A stretch of DNA of 64,000 nt from Planctomycetota bacterium (GTDB lineage: Bacteria; Planctomycetota; Planctomycetia; Pirellulales; Pirellulaceae), in assembly GCA_026692905.1 (NCBI GenBank), contig JAPLNL010000029.1, forward strand, positions 138,191-202,190, given 5' to 3'. Below, piece after piece: positions 47,161 through 57,062 of this stretch. A program made the translations under genes and the position numbers. The notes below the pieces were generated by a model. The model was not told the DNA's origin. It did no database searches and was given only the letters and a program-made list of their open reading frames with translations. Every line of letters starts with the position of its first letter. Positions within the stretch are counted from its first letter, which is position 1.

Positions 47161-47225
47161 GTCGCCATGCGGCATTTACGGGGTACTCACCGGACGGCTT
47201 GCGCCGGCCCCGCCAACAAACATCC

Positions 47226-48029
47226 TCAGTTCTCTTGCTTCCGAGCAAGTTCGTCACGGAGTCGTGCTGCTAATTCGTACTCCTCGGACTTGACTGCGTG
47301 CTCCAAGCGTTCTTCGAGACTTGGCCCTAAGTATTCGTCTTTGAGTGAGTCGCGAAGCTTGCGAAGCTGGAGCACCATTTCGTCCTGCTCGAATTCCTCT
47401 TCCGCATCATGCTCCTCAAAGACAGCTCGCATCAATTCCAAGCCTTTATCAATCTCCGAGACCGCTTCGCCCGCGTCGGCATCGTCGAGGGCGGCGAGAG
47501 CAGAAGCCTGAGTTCGATGAAACAGAACAAAGGGTCGATACTGTTCGTGGCTCATTGTCCACTCTTCTTCTGGAGAGTGGTCGCGGCATACATCCATCAG
47601 TGCGAGGGTATGGTCCGCGTCTTCCACCGCTCGATGGTAGTGTTGCAAGCGGAGCCATGAAATTCGTCGGTGGTAAAACTGAACAAACTCGCGGTCGGCT
47701 TCGAAGCACTGATCTTCGTCCATCACAAAATCTTCATTGCTCTTTTCGACATCCAACATGCTGTCGAGGAAAGTTGCGAAGCCGGCAGGAGTAAGTCCGT
47801 CTGGTCTCCCTTGCGTTTCCATTTGAAGCACGCCGAGGTCGACTCGCATTTGAATGACATCGCGTCCGTCATCACCTTTTACAAGACGAACGGAAAGAGC
47901 GTGCGGATCGAACTCCCAATTTTGAAGAATGCCATCAAGGCCTTTGTGCGAACTCATTTCGACCTTTCTCAAATTGTTCTTGGACTCATGAGGTCGTCTC
48001 GACATCTGATAGGCTCCCACGCGAAACAT
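47226..48029 (-). CDS. Acidic hypothetical protein with a C-terminal UVR (UvrB/UvrC-type) motif
   Basis: EEYELAARLRDELARKQ at the C-terminus. Confidence 0.5.
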   Translation of the reverse strand: MFRVGAYQMSRRPHESKNNLRKVEMSSHKGLDGILQNWEFDPHALSVRLVKGDDGRDVIQMRVDLGVLQMETQGRPDGLTPAGFATFLDSMLDVEKSNEDFVMDEDQCFEADREFVQFYHRRISWLRLQHYHRAVEDADHTLALMDVCRDHSPEEEWTMSHEQYRPFVLFHRTQASALAALDDADAGEAVSEIDKGLELMRAVFEEHDAEEEFEQDEMVLQLRKLRDSLKDEYLGPSLEERLEHAVKSEEYELAARLRDELARKQEN

Positions 48030-48337
48030 TGCTCTTGGTAGTTTTTGAGCCTCACCACAAGTATATCATCGGTTCTGGCAACAGCGAAGTATAGGCTTTT
48101 GCCAAGAACCAGCACGCGGCTGAGGATGCGCAAGTGTTCGCGTTCGTCCAGCAGAAGAATAGTGGCCAACACATGAAAAGTTGGTAAATCTTGGCCAGTT
48201 TTTATCGTTGCTTTTCCCCCGCCTTTGTTTCTGTTAGGATTGTGAGCCGTTTGACGATTCTGCGGTTTGCGATTTCTCCTTTCCAAAACCTCCTCTTCGA
48301 CGCCAAACCACAAAGGTTTTTGGACATTTAGCCGCCC

Positions 48338-49111
48338 ATGGATGACTCGAATTCATCGAAGCCGATTCCGCTCTCGGAGACTGCAAACGCATCCCGTTTC
48401 CCGCCGTCGCTTCCCATCGTCGACACCATCTCAAACGTGCACGAATGCTCCTACTTAGAGGAGCGTATCGCCACTCTACCACTCAAGTTGCCGTCTCGGC
48501 TTTTGAGTCTCGACGAGTTTGATCACTGCTTAGCGGGGGGAATTCGCCGCTCGGGCGTTTTTTTATACCACACGGCATGCGACGATTGCACGGCCTGCGA
48601 ACCATCACGGATCGATGTGCAAAAGTTCATCTGGCGCGATTCGTTTAAAAGGGTCCTGAAAAGAGGCGATCAATGCTTGACGATCCAAGTCGCAAATCCC
48701 TCATTAGACGAACAACGCTTGAACGTCTTTAACCTCCACCGAACTCTGCGAGGTCTAGGCGATCCGCACAGTCAATATAGACCGGAAGACTATGAGAGTT
48801 TTTTGGTGGATACTTGTTTGTCTCAGACAGTTGAACTTAGTTTTTGGTTGAACGGTGCGTTGGTCGGAATTTCGATCGTAGATTGCGGACGGGTTTCTCT
48901 GTCTGCGGTCTACACTTACTTTGATCCAAGCCATTCCAAGCTCTCACTTGGAACATATTCGATTCTCAAGCAGATTGAGTTTGCCCGCGATACGGGGAGG
49001 CAATACGCGTACCTCGGGATGTTTGTTTCCGAAAATCGTCACTTGAGCTACAAAGCTCGCTTCACACCCCAAGAGCGTTGGGTTGTCGATCGATGGGTGC
49101 CGTTTGATTAA
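48338..49111 (+). CDS. bpt: Arginyl/leucyl-tRNA--protein transferase family (Bpt/ATE-like)
   Basis: Cys cluster ...GIRRSGVFLYHTACDDCTACEPSRI... and C-terminal ATE_C-like region. Confidence 0.7.
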   Translation: MDDSNSSKPIPLSETANASRFPPSLPIVDTISNVHECSYLEERIATLPLKLPSRLLSLDEFDHCLAGGIRRSGVFLYHTACDDCTACEPSRIDVQKFIWRDSFKRVLKRGDQCLTIQVANPSLDEQRLNVFNLHRTLRGLGDPHSQYRPEDYESFLVDTCLSQTVELSFWLNGALVGISIVDCGRVSLSAVYTYFDPSHSKLSLGTYSILKQIEFARDTGRQYAYLGMFVSENRHLSYKARFTPQERWVVDRWVPFD

Positions 49112-49130
49112 GCGAGTGGCGAAATGAAAA

Positions 49131-49270
49131 CTACCCTAGCTGAATTCGCAAGAATTCAGAACCAGCTGAATTCTTGCGAATCCAGCTACGAATCGTGGTC
49201 CCTCGTTTAACAGTCAGCCGAAGGCGTACTTGCACTGTTGAAAGTACGCCTACGGCTGACTGTTAAACGA
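49131..49270. repeat. Family D palindrome (49131-49195) abutting a family C palindrome (49205-49270)
   Basis: Sequence identity to the other D and C copies. Confidence 0.85.
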
Positions 49271-49280
49271 ATATTTGAAG

Positions 49281-49724
49281 CTACTCTTTCGATTTGACAA
49301 TCTGCAATTCTCTAGGCAGTCGCCGCACTTTACCCTCGCGATCAATGCAAGCGATGACGCTGTGGCCTGTCACCATAACGGTCGATTTCGAGTCCGGCTT
49401 GCCATGTTTCATCAGTTGATATTCATGCTCGATTCGTGCACCATGGCTATGCCGAACCGACGTGATCAACTCAAGCTCGTCATCGAATTGGGCCGGAGCT
49501 CGAAAGTCGACTTGCATACTTCGAACGACCAACATCAAGCCGGTCTTTTCAAGTTCGCGATACGATATCCCCATCGATCGCAACATTTCGACACGCCCTC
49601 GCTCAAAGTAGTTAAGATACTGTGAGTTATGCACTCGACCTTGTCCGTCGGTTTCAAAGTACTGAACTCGAATCGGGAGTCGATGCGAGTGGTTTGGGCC
49701 TGTAGACTCACTTGAGTTTTGCAT
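49281..49724 (-). CDS. Acyl-CoA thioesterase (YbgC/4HBT hotdog fold)
   Basis: Hotdog-fold thioesterase N-terminal motif pattern. Confidence 0.7.
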   Translation of the reverse strand: MQNSSESTGPNHSHRLPIRVQYFETDGQGRVHNSQYLNYFERGRVEMLRSMGISYRELEKTGLMLVVRSMQVDFRAPAQFDDELELITSVRHSHGARIEHEYQLMKHGKPDSKSTVMVTGHSVIACIDREGKVRRLPRELQIVKSKE

Positions 49725-49731
49725 ACGGGGC

Positions 49732-50424
49732 CTAAGCAGCCTTCTTGTTGTGCGATTTACCTTTACGGCAATAGACTATCGAATTGCCTCGTTTGCTTGC
49801 GATTTCGGTAGCTCCGCATCGATTCAGCGTGTACGCAATTTGCTGGGCAAACCATCGCGGTTGGCCAAGATGCTCGGCAAGCTCTTTGGTATCAAACTGA
49901 GCGGGTAGTTTTGGATTGCCGAGCAAGCGCCATAGATCAGGCAATCCTTTCAGCACCGTCGACTCACCGACTTTTGACAAATGCTGATCTAACGTCTTGT
50001 ATTGCTTGCGGCGGCGACGTTTGTTGACGCGGTCAACGCGTTGCTCGATGCATTCCACCGCGAGCACTTCAATCGTAAGTTTCGGAAGAGGGAAAACTTG
50101 GGTGAAGTGGATTAGTTCCCGAAAGATATCAATGGTGGATAGTTTTTTCGGACTCTTTCGGCGTCGCAAGCGTTCGCCACCTTCTCGATCCAACGTCTCG
50201 ATCCATTTGCATCCGACCAGGGGCTTAATGATTCGCAGTCGATGCCCATTGCTCAGGAGCTTCAGAGCTTTGTCGCGAATGGAACCGAGACCCGCATGCT
50301 GGATTTCCACCAAGCACCCCTTCGCATCAATGGCATCAATTCGAAATCCATCCACGGTGACTTCGACCGAGTTCGAATCGGCAGCAAAATGATACTTTAG
50401 TTGTCGGTGAAGGGATGTTTCCAT
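49732..50424 (-). CDS. Hypothetical protein, possible restriction-endonuclease-like N-terminal fold plus basic wHTH-like C-terminus
   Basis: VDGFRIDAIDAKGCLVEIQHAG block; basic C-terminal segment. Confidence 0.35.
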   Translation of the reverse strand: METSLHRQLKYHFAADSNSVEVTVDGFRIDAIDAKGCLVEIQHAGLGSIRDKALKLLSNGHRLRIIKPLVGCKWIETLDREGGERLRRRKSPKKLSTIDIFRELIHFTQVFPLPKLTIEVLAVECIEQRVDRVNKRRRRKQYKTLDQHLSKVGESTVLKGLPDLWRLLGNPKLPAQFDTKELAEHLGQPRWFAQQIAYTLNRCGATEIASKRGNSIVYCRKGKSHNKKAA

Positions 50425-50487
50425 AACGATTTATAGCGTTTTCCGCTCCGTACCGACAAGTGGGCTTTTACGGCGATATTGGATAGC

Positions 50488-50612
50488 AGTCACCCTCCCT
50501 CCGGGAGGCTCGGGCCCTCGGCCCGGGGAGGGTGAGCTGACTTGTGCAATAGTTGTTGCCGCTTCACCCTCCCCTCGCTTCGCTCGACCCTCCCAGCGGG
50601 AGGGTGACTGAT
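50488..50612. repeat. Family E structured element of about 125 bp (GGGAGGG/CCCTCCC-rich, several internal palindromes), copy 1
   Basis: About 85% identical to copy 2 at 53725-53847, same orientation. Confidence 0.9.
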
Positions 50613-50635
50613 TTTGCAAAGTCCACCTTGCAAAA

Positions 50636-52576
50636 TCACTCAAACGCAGGAACACGCTCCCAGAGCATTCTCAGTCCATTCAAAACGACCAGCACAGTGC
50701 TCCCTTCGTGCCCGAGGACGCCAATCCACAGTGGTAGCTCGAAAAAAGTCGATAGAACGAGAACGGCAATAGTCAGAAATGCAAATACCATATTTTGCCG
50801 AACGCGTTTTCGTGCAACACGACTGATCCAAACGGCCAGCGGCAACCCCTTGAGATCGTCTCGCATCAGGACAACATCTGCGACCTCTAACGCAACGTCA
50901 GTGCCTGCCCCGCCCATCGCAATACCGACATCCGCCGTCGCAAGGGCTGGAGCGTCGTTCACACCGTCTCCAATCATGGCTACACAACGACCATCTCTAG
51001 CCAATCGTAACAACTCAGTCACTTTTCCGTCCGGCAACAATCCCGCACGAACCTCATCAACCCCTAGTTCCTTTGCTATCGCTTGAGCCACCCGTTCATG
51101 ATCGCCAGTCAGCAAGACAACTTGCCGCACTCCTAATCCCTTCAAATTGGCAATCGTGCGGGACGCTTCTGGCCGCAATCGATCTGCCACTCCGATTACT
51201 CCACCCATTTTCTCCTCAACTGCGACCACAATCAATGCAGTTTGTCCTGCGTCGCGAATGCGTTGGGCCGTTTCTTGGATGCCAGGCAATAACTCGACAT
51301 TGCTCGTTGCAAAAAGACTCTCTCGCCCCACACCGACCCAAACGCCATCGACTCTGGCATGAATCCCTAACCCTGTCAAGCTTTGAAAATCCTTGAGCTC
51401 GAGCCTTTCACCGACAGCACCTTGCCTCTTGGCTTCTTCTAAAACGGGGATAGCAAGGGGATGCTCACTTTGCTTTTCAACTGCCGCTGCAAGCGACAAA
51501 AACCGATCGATGGTCGCTCCTGGCGTTGTCCAAACCTCGGTCACTGCTGGTCTACCCATAGTGACTGTACCTGTCTTGTCCATGGCCAGCACATCGACTT
51601 TGCCGAGTGTTTCTAAATGCACAGCGCCCTTAAAGAGAACACCATGCCTGCCAGCTAACGCGATTGCGGATAGCATGACCGACGGCGAACTGACAACGAC
51701 CGCACAAGGTGAGGCCGCGACCAAAAGGACCATTGCATGGTAAAACGCATCGTACCAGCTAGCGGTGTGCACCAACCGAGCTGCGAAAAAGACCAGTAAG
51801 GCGGTCGCGAAAACTCCGATGACATACGGCTGCTGCCAGGACTCAACAAAACGCTGCGTCGGGGTCTTCTGCGATTGGGCTTCATGGACCATGTGCACGA
51901 TGCGTTCCAGCGTCGTATCCGCGATCGCTTTGGTCATGCGCACCGAAACAGTCCCTTGGCCGTTCATGGTGCCAGAGAAAACGTCAGCCCCGAGCACTTT
52001 GTGAATGGGCTCGCTTTCCCCCGTCAACGTCGATTCATCAACCCATGATTCCCCGTCCAGCACGACACCATCGATTGCAAATCGTTCGCCAGGTCGTACC
52101 CGAACGACATCACCCAAATGCAACGACTCCACTTCCACGACTTCTTCTAAGCTTGAGTCAATGGCGATCCTCGTTGCCTGTCTAGGCCGAAGCTGGATCA
52201 ACGACTCGATCGAACGATTAGTACGATAGGTTGCGAACGCCTCGAGCGTACCACTCAATGAAAACAAGAAGAGCAGAATCGCTCCCTCGACCCAGTCTCC
52301 CAAAATTGCAGCACCTAACGCCGCAGCTACCATCAGCGTATCGACATTCAATTTCCCATCGAACATGGCCGAAAGCGACTCTTTCAGGGGCCTGAAGCCA
52401 CCTGCAGCATAGGCCACTAACCATATCGGCAGACAAAAGTAGGATGTCGAAGCATACCCGTGGGAGAGAACGAATCCAACCGCTGTAAAAAAAGCGCAAA
52501 TGGCCGTGGTGATCGCACTCGCAATCGGCGGTGAAGAATGCGTGTACTGGGTTGCGTTCTGATTTTTGGTAGTCAA
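50636..52576 (-). CDS. P1B-type heavy-metal-translocating ATPase (no N-terminal HMA domain)
   Basis: DKTGTVT phosphorylation site; SPC motif in the TM6 position; GDGVNDAP. Confidence 0.9.
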   Translation of the reverse strand: MTTKNQNATQYTHSSPPIASAITTAICAFFTAVGFVLSHGYASTSYFCLPIWLVAYAAGGFRPLKESLSAMFDGKLNVDTLMVAAALGAAILGDWVEGAILLFLFSLSGTLEAFATYRTNRSIESLIQLRPRQATRIAIDSSLEEVVEVESLHLGDVVRVRPGERFAIDGVVLDGESWVDESTLTGESEPIHKVLGADVFSGTMNGQGTVSVRMTKAIADTTLERIVHMVHEAQSQKTPTQRFVESWQQPYVIGVFATALLVFFAARLVHTASWYDAFYHAMVLLVAASPCAVVVSSPSVMLSAIALAGRHGVLFKGAVHLETLGKVDVLAMDKTGTVTMGRPAVTEVWTTPGATIDRFLSLAAAVEKQSEHPLAIPVLEEAKRQGAVGERLELKDFQSLTGLGIHARVDGVWVGVGRESLFATSNVELLPGIQETAQRIRDAGQTALIVVAVEEKMGGVIGVADRLRPEASRTIANLKGLGVRQVVLLTGDHERVAQAIAKELGVDEVRAGLLPDGKVTELLRLARDGRCVAMIGDGVNDAPALATADVGIAMGGAGTDVALEVADVVLMRDDLKGLPLAVWISRVARKRVRQNMVFAFLTIAVLVLSTFFELPLWIGVLGHEGSTVLVVLNGLRMLWERVPAFE

Positions 52577-52891
52577 TTCACTTCCTAACTAAGTGGCCAA
52601 ATCGCAAAGTTGCTTTCGCTCAAATATAACACCAATTCCCAAGACGGAACCGACCAGAATCCAAGAGTATTTCAGAATTGGTTCTCAATTCAAATCAATT
52701 GCAAACGAACGCAATTCCCCCAATCGCCGCACGGCATTAACCGCAATCCTCGACGATTGTCGAGCACTCGAGGAACCCGGGCTAACGCAATGGCTAATTC
52801 ACCCACGAAATACATTGAGCAATGAGAATCGTTATGCTAATTGCATTTGCACTGGAATGAGATTGAGACACAACCTAGGGGGAGAATCACG

Positions 52892-53269
52892 ATGCGAACT
52901 AGCAAAATCGAAAAGCTCATTTACAATCACAACGACGACCTGGACGGATGGCAATTGCTGGACGGCACTTTGATTCACTTCCCCCCGCATATTGGTGAGC
53001 AATTAGCGGAATGGATTGATTTGGGTGACGAGGTGTCCATGAAAGGAGAGAGCCGGGTCAATCGAAATGGTGTCGAAGTTGTGTTACCCACCTACATCGA
53101 AAGCCAGGGTTGGTCACTCAGTTTTGATCAGAAGAAGCCACAGCCTCGAAAGGGCTCAGACGCACCACCTCCGCCTCCCGAGCACGACGACCCACGTGTC
53201 AGCAACGAAGATATAATGCGAGAACTTGTAAAACTCCGTCGCTTGATTGAAAATCGATTGAGCAAATGA
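52892..53269 (+). CDS. Hypothetical protein
   Basis: GGGGGAG SD upstream of this ATG (the longer ORF starts at 52841). Confidence 0.45.
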   Translation: MRTSKIEKLIYNHNDDLDGWQLLDGTLIHFPPHIGEQLAEWIDLGDEVSMKGESRVNRNGVEVVLPTYIESQGWSLSFDQKKPQPRKGSDAPPPPPEHDDPRVSNEDIMRELVKLRRLIENRLSK

Positions 53270-53283
53270 ATTTAGAATGAACC

Positions 53284-53640
53284 ATGACCGTTGAAGATCA
53301 AGACAATCCCTTTCGACCAACCGTTCAGGGCGTCGATCCGGTACAGCCAAACGATGTTCCAAGTGAACGAGCCGCCTACAATATCATCTCGGATACGATT
53401 ATCGGCGTTAATGCGAGAAAAGGCGATAACGCGTTTCAAGCAAAAGTAACTTTCGGCTCGGTCTTGCTCTTCGCGACGGTTGGTATTGCAATTGTCTTGC
53501 TTAAGCAAGATTGGAATCTACCATGGTTTGCGGGTGCCTTGATAGGTGCCTTCGTCGGCTTGGTCTTTGGAGTCCTTGCAAGCGGTATCATCTTGATGAT
53601 CTACCGTACGATGCGGCATATCCAAGGCAAGCATGACTAA
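53284..53640 (+). CDS. Small membrane protein, hypothetical
   Basis: Two predicted TM helices; tightly coupled to the upstream gene (14-bp gap). Confidence 0.45.
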   Translation: MTVEDQDNPFRPTVQGVDPVQPNDVPSERAAYNIISDTIIGVNARKGDNAFQAKVTFGSVLLFATVGIAIVLLKQDWNLPWFAGALIGAFVGLVFGVLASGIILMIYRTMRHIQGKHD

Positions 53641-53724
53641 CATAGGTGATAAGCACATCGCTATGTACATTCCCGGTCAAATGGCCATTGGGCGATAGCC
53701 CCGGTTTTTTTTGCAGGGATTTAA

Positions 53725-53847
53725 AGTCACCCTCCCTCGGGGAGGGTCGGGCCTTCGGCCCGGTGAGGGTGAACTGATTTGTGCGGTAGTTGTTGGCACT
53801 TCACCCTCCCCTCGCTACGCTCGACCCTCCCAGCGGGAGGGTGTCTA
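53725..53847. repeat. Family E structured element, copy 2
   Basis: See copy 1. Confidence 0.9.
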
Positions 53848-53927
53848 GACCGGTCTCTTTCACTCCGAGACGGCTACTAATGACCAAGGCTTAAGGCCGC
53901 TCGGCAAATCGGTTTATTCGCAGCACA

Positions 53928-54836
53928 CTAATCGATCCAACGTTTCGTTAAGTCACCGTAAGCATCAATTCGCCGGTCACGCAGAAACGGCCAATGCGTT
54001 CGCTGGGTATCGATCTGATTGAAGTTGCAATCGACGAGGATAATTTCTTCGTCCGAGTGGCTTGCTCGATGAAGCAAGTTGCCGGCTGGATCGAAAACGA
54101 ATGAGGCACCCCAAAATTCAATGGAGTTCTCAACGCCCACTCGATTGGCAGCCCCAACGAACACTCCATTGGCAATTGCATGGGAACGCATCATGGTCTC
54201 CCAGGCCTCATGTTGGCTGCGGCCATAAAGCGGTTTGTCGGCAACACTCCAACCGATTGCGGTTGGATAGAGCAGAATTTCTGCGCCACGCATCGCGAAT
54301 AGTCGCGCGGCTTCTGGGTACCATTGATCCCAACAAACACCGACTCCAATCACGCCAAAATGGGTCTTCGCAACCGTAAAGCCGGTATCGCCGGGCGTGA
54401 AGTAAAACTTTTCGTAGTAGAGGGGATCGTCCGGAATATGCATCTTGCGATAGAACCCGACCTGAGTCCCATCAGTATCATAAACAACGGCTGTGTTGTG
54501 GTAGAGGCCGTGCGCTCGGCGCTCAAAAATGGAGCCAGTGACTACGACTCCACATTCTTTGGCCACTTCGCTCATCGCAAGACTGGTCGGCCCTGGAATG
54601 GCCTCCGCCCATTCGAATCGGTCGTGGTCCTCGCTTTGGCAAGGATAAGGCGCATTAAACAATTCCTGAAGGCAAACAATATTTGCCCCCAAATTGGACG
54701 CACGGCGAACTTTTGCAATGGCCTTTTCGATGTTTTCTGTCTGGTTTTCACTACAAGTCATTTGAACCGTAGCCAATCGTACGATTCGACCCTTGGCATT
54801 CGCCATCTCGCTTGCCTCTTTTCTTAACAATCGCAA
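53928..54836 (-). CDS. aguB: N-carbamoylputrescine amidase (nitrilase superfamily)
   Basis: Carbon-nitrogen hydrolase motifs including the catalytic Cys region VCWDQWYPE. An alternative start is at 54806. Confidence 0.8.
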   Translation of the reverse strand: MRLLRKEASEMANAKGRIVRLATVQMTCSENQTENIEKAIAKVRRASNLGANIVCLQELFNAPYPCQSEDHDRFEWAEAIPGPTSLAMSEVAKECGVVVTGSIFERRAHGLYHNTAVVYDTDGTQVGFYRKMHIPDDPLYYEKFYFTPGDTGFTVAKTHFGVIGVGVCWDQWYPEAARLFAMRGAEILLYPTAIGWSVADKPLYGRSQHEAWETMMRSHAIANGVFVGAANRVGVENSIEFWGASFVFDPAGNLLHRASHSDEEIILVDCNFNQIDTQRTHWPFLRDRRIDAYGDLTKRWID

Positions 54837-54938
54837 AGTGTCTACTACCTCGATGGTATTCTATCAACTTACCCAAAAAGAAGGTGGCCGGCAGACGCAA
54901 CGGATTCCAATGGCACAACGCGTTGGCAACTGAATTGG

Positions 54939-55075
54939 CGCTGTTTTTCACTAGCTTGCGCGTCGTGCTATTTTTGCTAGCGCTGTTTTTCACTAGCTTG
55001 CGCGTCGTGCTATTTTTACTAGCGCTGTTTTTCACTAGCTTGCGCGTCGTGCTATTTTTGCTAGGCCACGCTAGG
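54939..55075. repeat. 3 x 42-bp tandem array containing the family A core (GCGCTGTTTTTCACTAGCTTGCGCGTCGTGCTATTTTTGCTA)
   Basis: Direct repeats with no unique spacers. Confidence 0.9.
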
Positions 55076-55231
55076 ACTTCTCTCCATCGCCCCCCCAGGT
55101 TGGCGCAGGCGCCCCCCCTCTGAGTGCAAACCTTGGCGAAAGCAATCAAGTAGGTTGATGCAATCGCCGATAACGAAGATTGAGCCCTTTCGGTAGCTTC
55201 TAAGTCCCCCCGTTGCTCGTGCGTCTCTCCG

Positions 55232-55705
55232 ATGTCATTTCTATTCAATAGTCTTCTCAGCAGAAAGAAACGGATCGACTTAGGGGCCAAAGTTCGTCGT
55301 TTTATGGACTTGAGCATCACCAAAGATTACACCCAAACCGAGGCAAGAAACGACGATCGATACAAACGCACTCTTCCTGTTCTTATCACGCCATGGCGAG
55401 GCGACGAGACGACCAATTTGGATTCGCACATCGGCATCACGCGAGACATGAGCGACAGCGGCGTCAGAGTCTTTTTCCTAAAGGAGCCGCACGAAGGGGA
55501 CTTGATTTTGTCATTTGTTTTGAAGCGAGAAAGAGATGTATTGGAGTGTTTTCATTTTTTAGCGGAAGTTCGCAACTCCAGTCGCTTCGCACCTGACCTC
55601 TACACGGTTGGACTGTTGTTCAAAGAACATCTAGAGGATTATCAAGTTGTAGCAGGCGTTCTCTCGCTGACGGAACTCATCGGAAAACAATACGACTGCC
55701 TCTAG
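55232..55705 (+). CDS. Hypothetical protein, possible PilZ-like domain
   Basis: RYKRTLPV ... DMSDSGVRVF resembles the RxxxR / DxSxGG c-di-GMP-binding motifs. Confidence 0.35.
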   Translation: MSFLFNSLLSRKKRIDLGAKVRRFMDLSITKDYTQTEARNDDRYKRTLPVLITPWRGDETTNLDSHIGITRDMSDSGVRVFFLKEPHEGDLILSFVLKRERDVLECFHFLAEVRNSSRFAPDLYTVGLLFKEHLEDYQVVAGVLSLTELIGKQYDCL

Positions 55706-55801
55706 ACCGTCAGCCGTAGGCATACACTTATGCCCCTGTTTTTGTGGGAGTTAATCGACTCTGGCTATAGGGCTGGAATCGCCTTTACGTTACAGCCCTC
55801 A

Positions 55802-56959
55802 CTACGCGGTGGGATGCTTTCTGGCCAACTCTAGAAAAAGCTCGTAGCGCGCTTTCATTTCCACAATACTGTCTCCGCCAAACTTCTCAACCAATGCAGC
55901 TGCTATCTCGAAGGCAACGACGTGCTCTACGATGATCGCTGCCGCCGAAATGGCGCAGACATCACTGCGCTCGTAACTGGCTCGATGCGGTTGCTTGTCC
56001 GCAATACGAATGGAGTCAAGTGGTTTCCGAAGCGTGCTAATTGGCTTCTTTGCCGCCCGCAAGATCAAGGGCTGACCGTTCGTCATTCCCCCCTCAAGTC
56101 CACCTGCGTTGTTGCTCGGTCTGGTGAAGCCAAGATTTGGTAAGTGGCTTTGAGCGGCATCGTAGTGGATCGGATCGTGAACCTTCGAGCCTTGAGTGCG
56201 AGCCGCCTCGAACCCCATTCCAATCTCGACCCCCTTGATGGCTTGGACTGCCATCACGGCCTGTGCAAGTTTGCCATCCAGTTTTCTGTCCCATTGGGCA
56301 TGCGTTCCTAAACCAAAGGGAAGACCATCGACTCGAACCTCGACGATGCCACCGAGCGTATCTCCCTCGTCCGCCATGCGATCGATGTATTGCTCTGCTT
56401 CGAGATCCCGGGAAGGAACAACCGAATAGATACTGCTGGTTTCGCGGGTTTTGCGAACTTCCTTTAGATCTTGGGTTAGCGAGTCGCCTCGACCGATCGG
56501 CATGGCACCGAGCTCCACCACGTAACCGATCGTTTCGATGCCGAACTGGGAAAGCAGTTGCCGAGCCAGAGCTCCCGCTGCAACTCGGACCGCGGTCTCT
56601 CTCGCACTAGATCGTTCTAGAACGCCACGAATCGAACCGAGGTATTTGATGGAGCCAGTTAAATCTGCGTGGCCTGGCCGAGGTCGCTCTAGTTCCTTGA
56701 GCCGCTCCAGTTTGTAATCGTTGTTGACCACTTGGAGGGCAATCGGAGAACCGAGGCTGGTCGACTGCCAAACGCCCGTCAAAATATCGACGGTGTCCTG
56801 CTCTAGTTTTTGACGCCCTCCGCGACCGTAACCTCCCTGGCGAAGTCGTAGCTCGTGATTGATCATGTCCGAATCGATCGTCAAACCGGCCGGAAACCCA
56901 TCAATGAGTGCCAGGAGGGCTTTCCCGTGTGATTCTCCAGCGGTCCAATAGCGAAGCAT
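55802..56959 (-). CDS. aroC: Chorismate synthase
   Basis: N-terminal MLRYWTAGESHGK and RPGHAD motifs. The longest ORF runs to 57085, but the family start aligns with 56959. Confidence 0.9.
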   Translation of the reverse strand: MLRYWTAGESHGKALLALIDGFPAGLTIDSDMINHELRLRQGGYGRGGRQKLEQDTVDILTGVWQSTSLGSPIALQVVNNDYKLERLKELERPRPGHADLTGSIKYLGSIRGVLERSSARETAVRVAAGALARQLLSQFGIETIGYVVELGAMPIGRGDSLTQDLKEVRKTRETSSIYSVVPSRDLEAEQYIDRMADEGDTLGGIVEVRVDGLPFGLGTHAQWDRKLDGKLAQAVMAVQAIKGVEIGMGFEAARTQGSKVHDPIHYDAAQSHLPNLGFTRPSNNAGGLEGGMTNGQPLILRAAKKPISTLRKPLDSIRIADKQPHRASYERSDVCAISAAAIIVEHVVAFEIAAALVEKFGGDSIVEMKARYELFLELARKHPTA

Positions 56960-57062
56960 AAAGCGTGTCGAAATTCGTTCAGAGGAAACTAGCAAAACAA
57001 CCATTCTAGTTGTCCTGATCCCCCAGCCAAGCCGCAATTGGTCTTCCGCAAAGCAATCGACA

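Noticed and set aside
46930-47175. 81-aa minus-strand ORF encoding (TPSTT)n.
   Set aside because: It is simply the translation of the 15-bp tandem repeat. It has no start context and sits inside a nested repeat composite.
54812-55123. 103-aa plus-strand ORF with repeated FFTSLRVVLFLLAL.
   Set aside because: It is the translation of the 3x42-bp family A array. Most likely non-coding.
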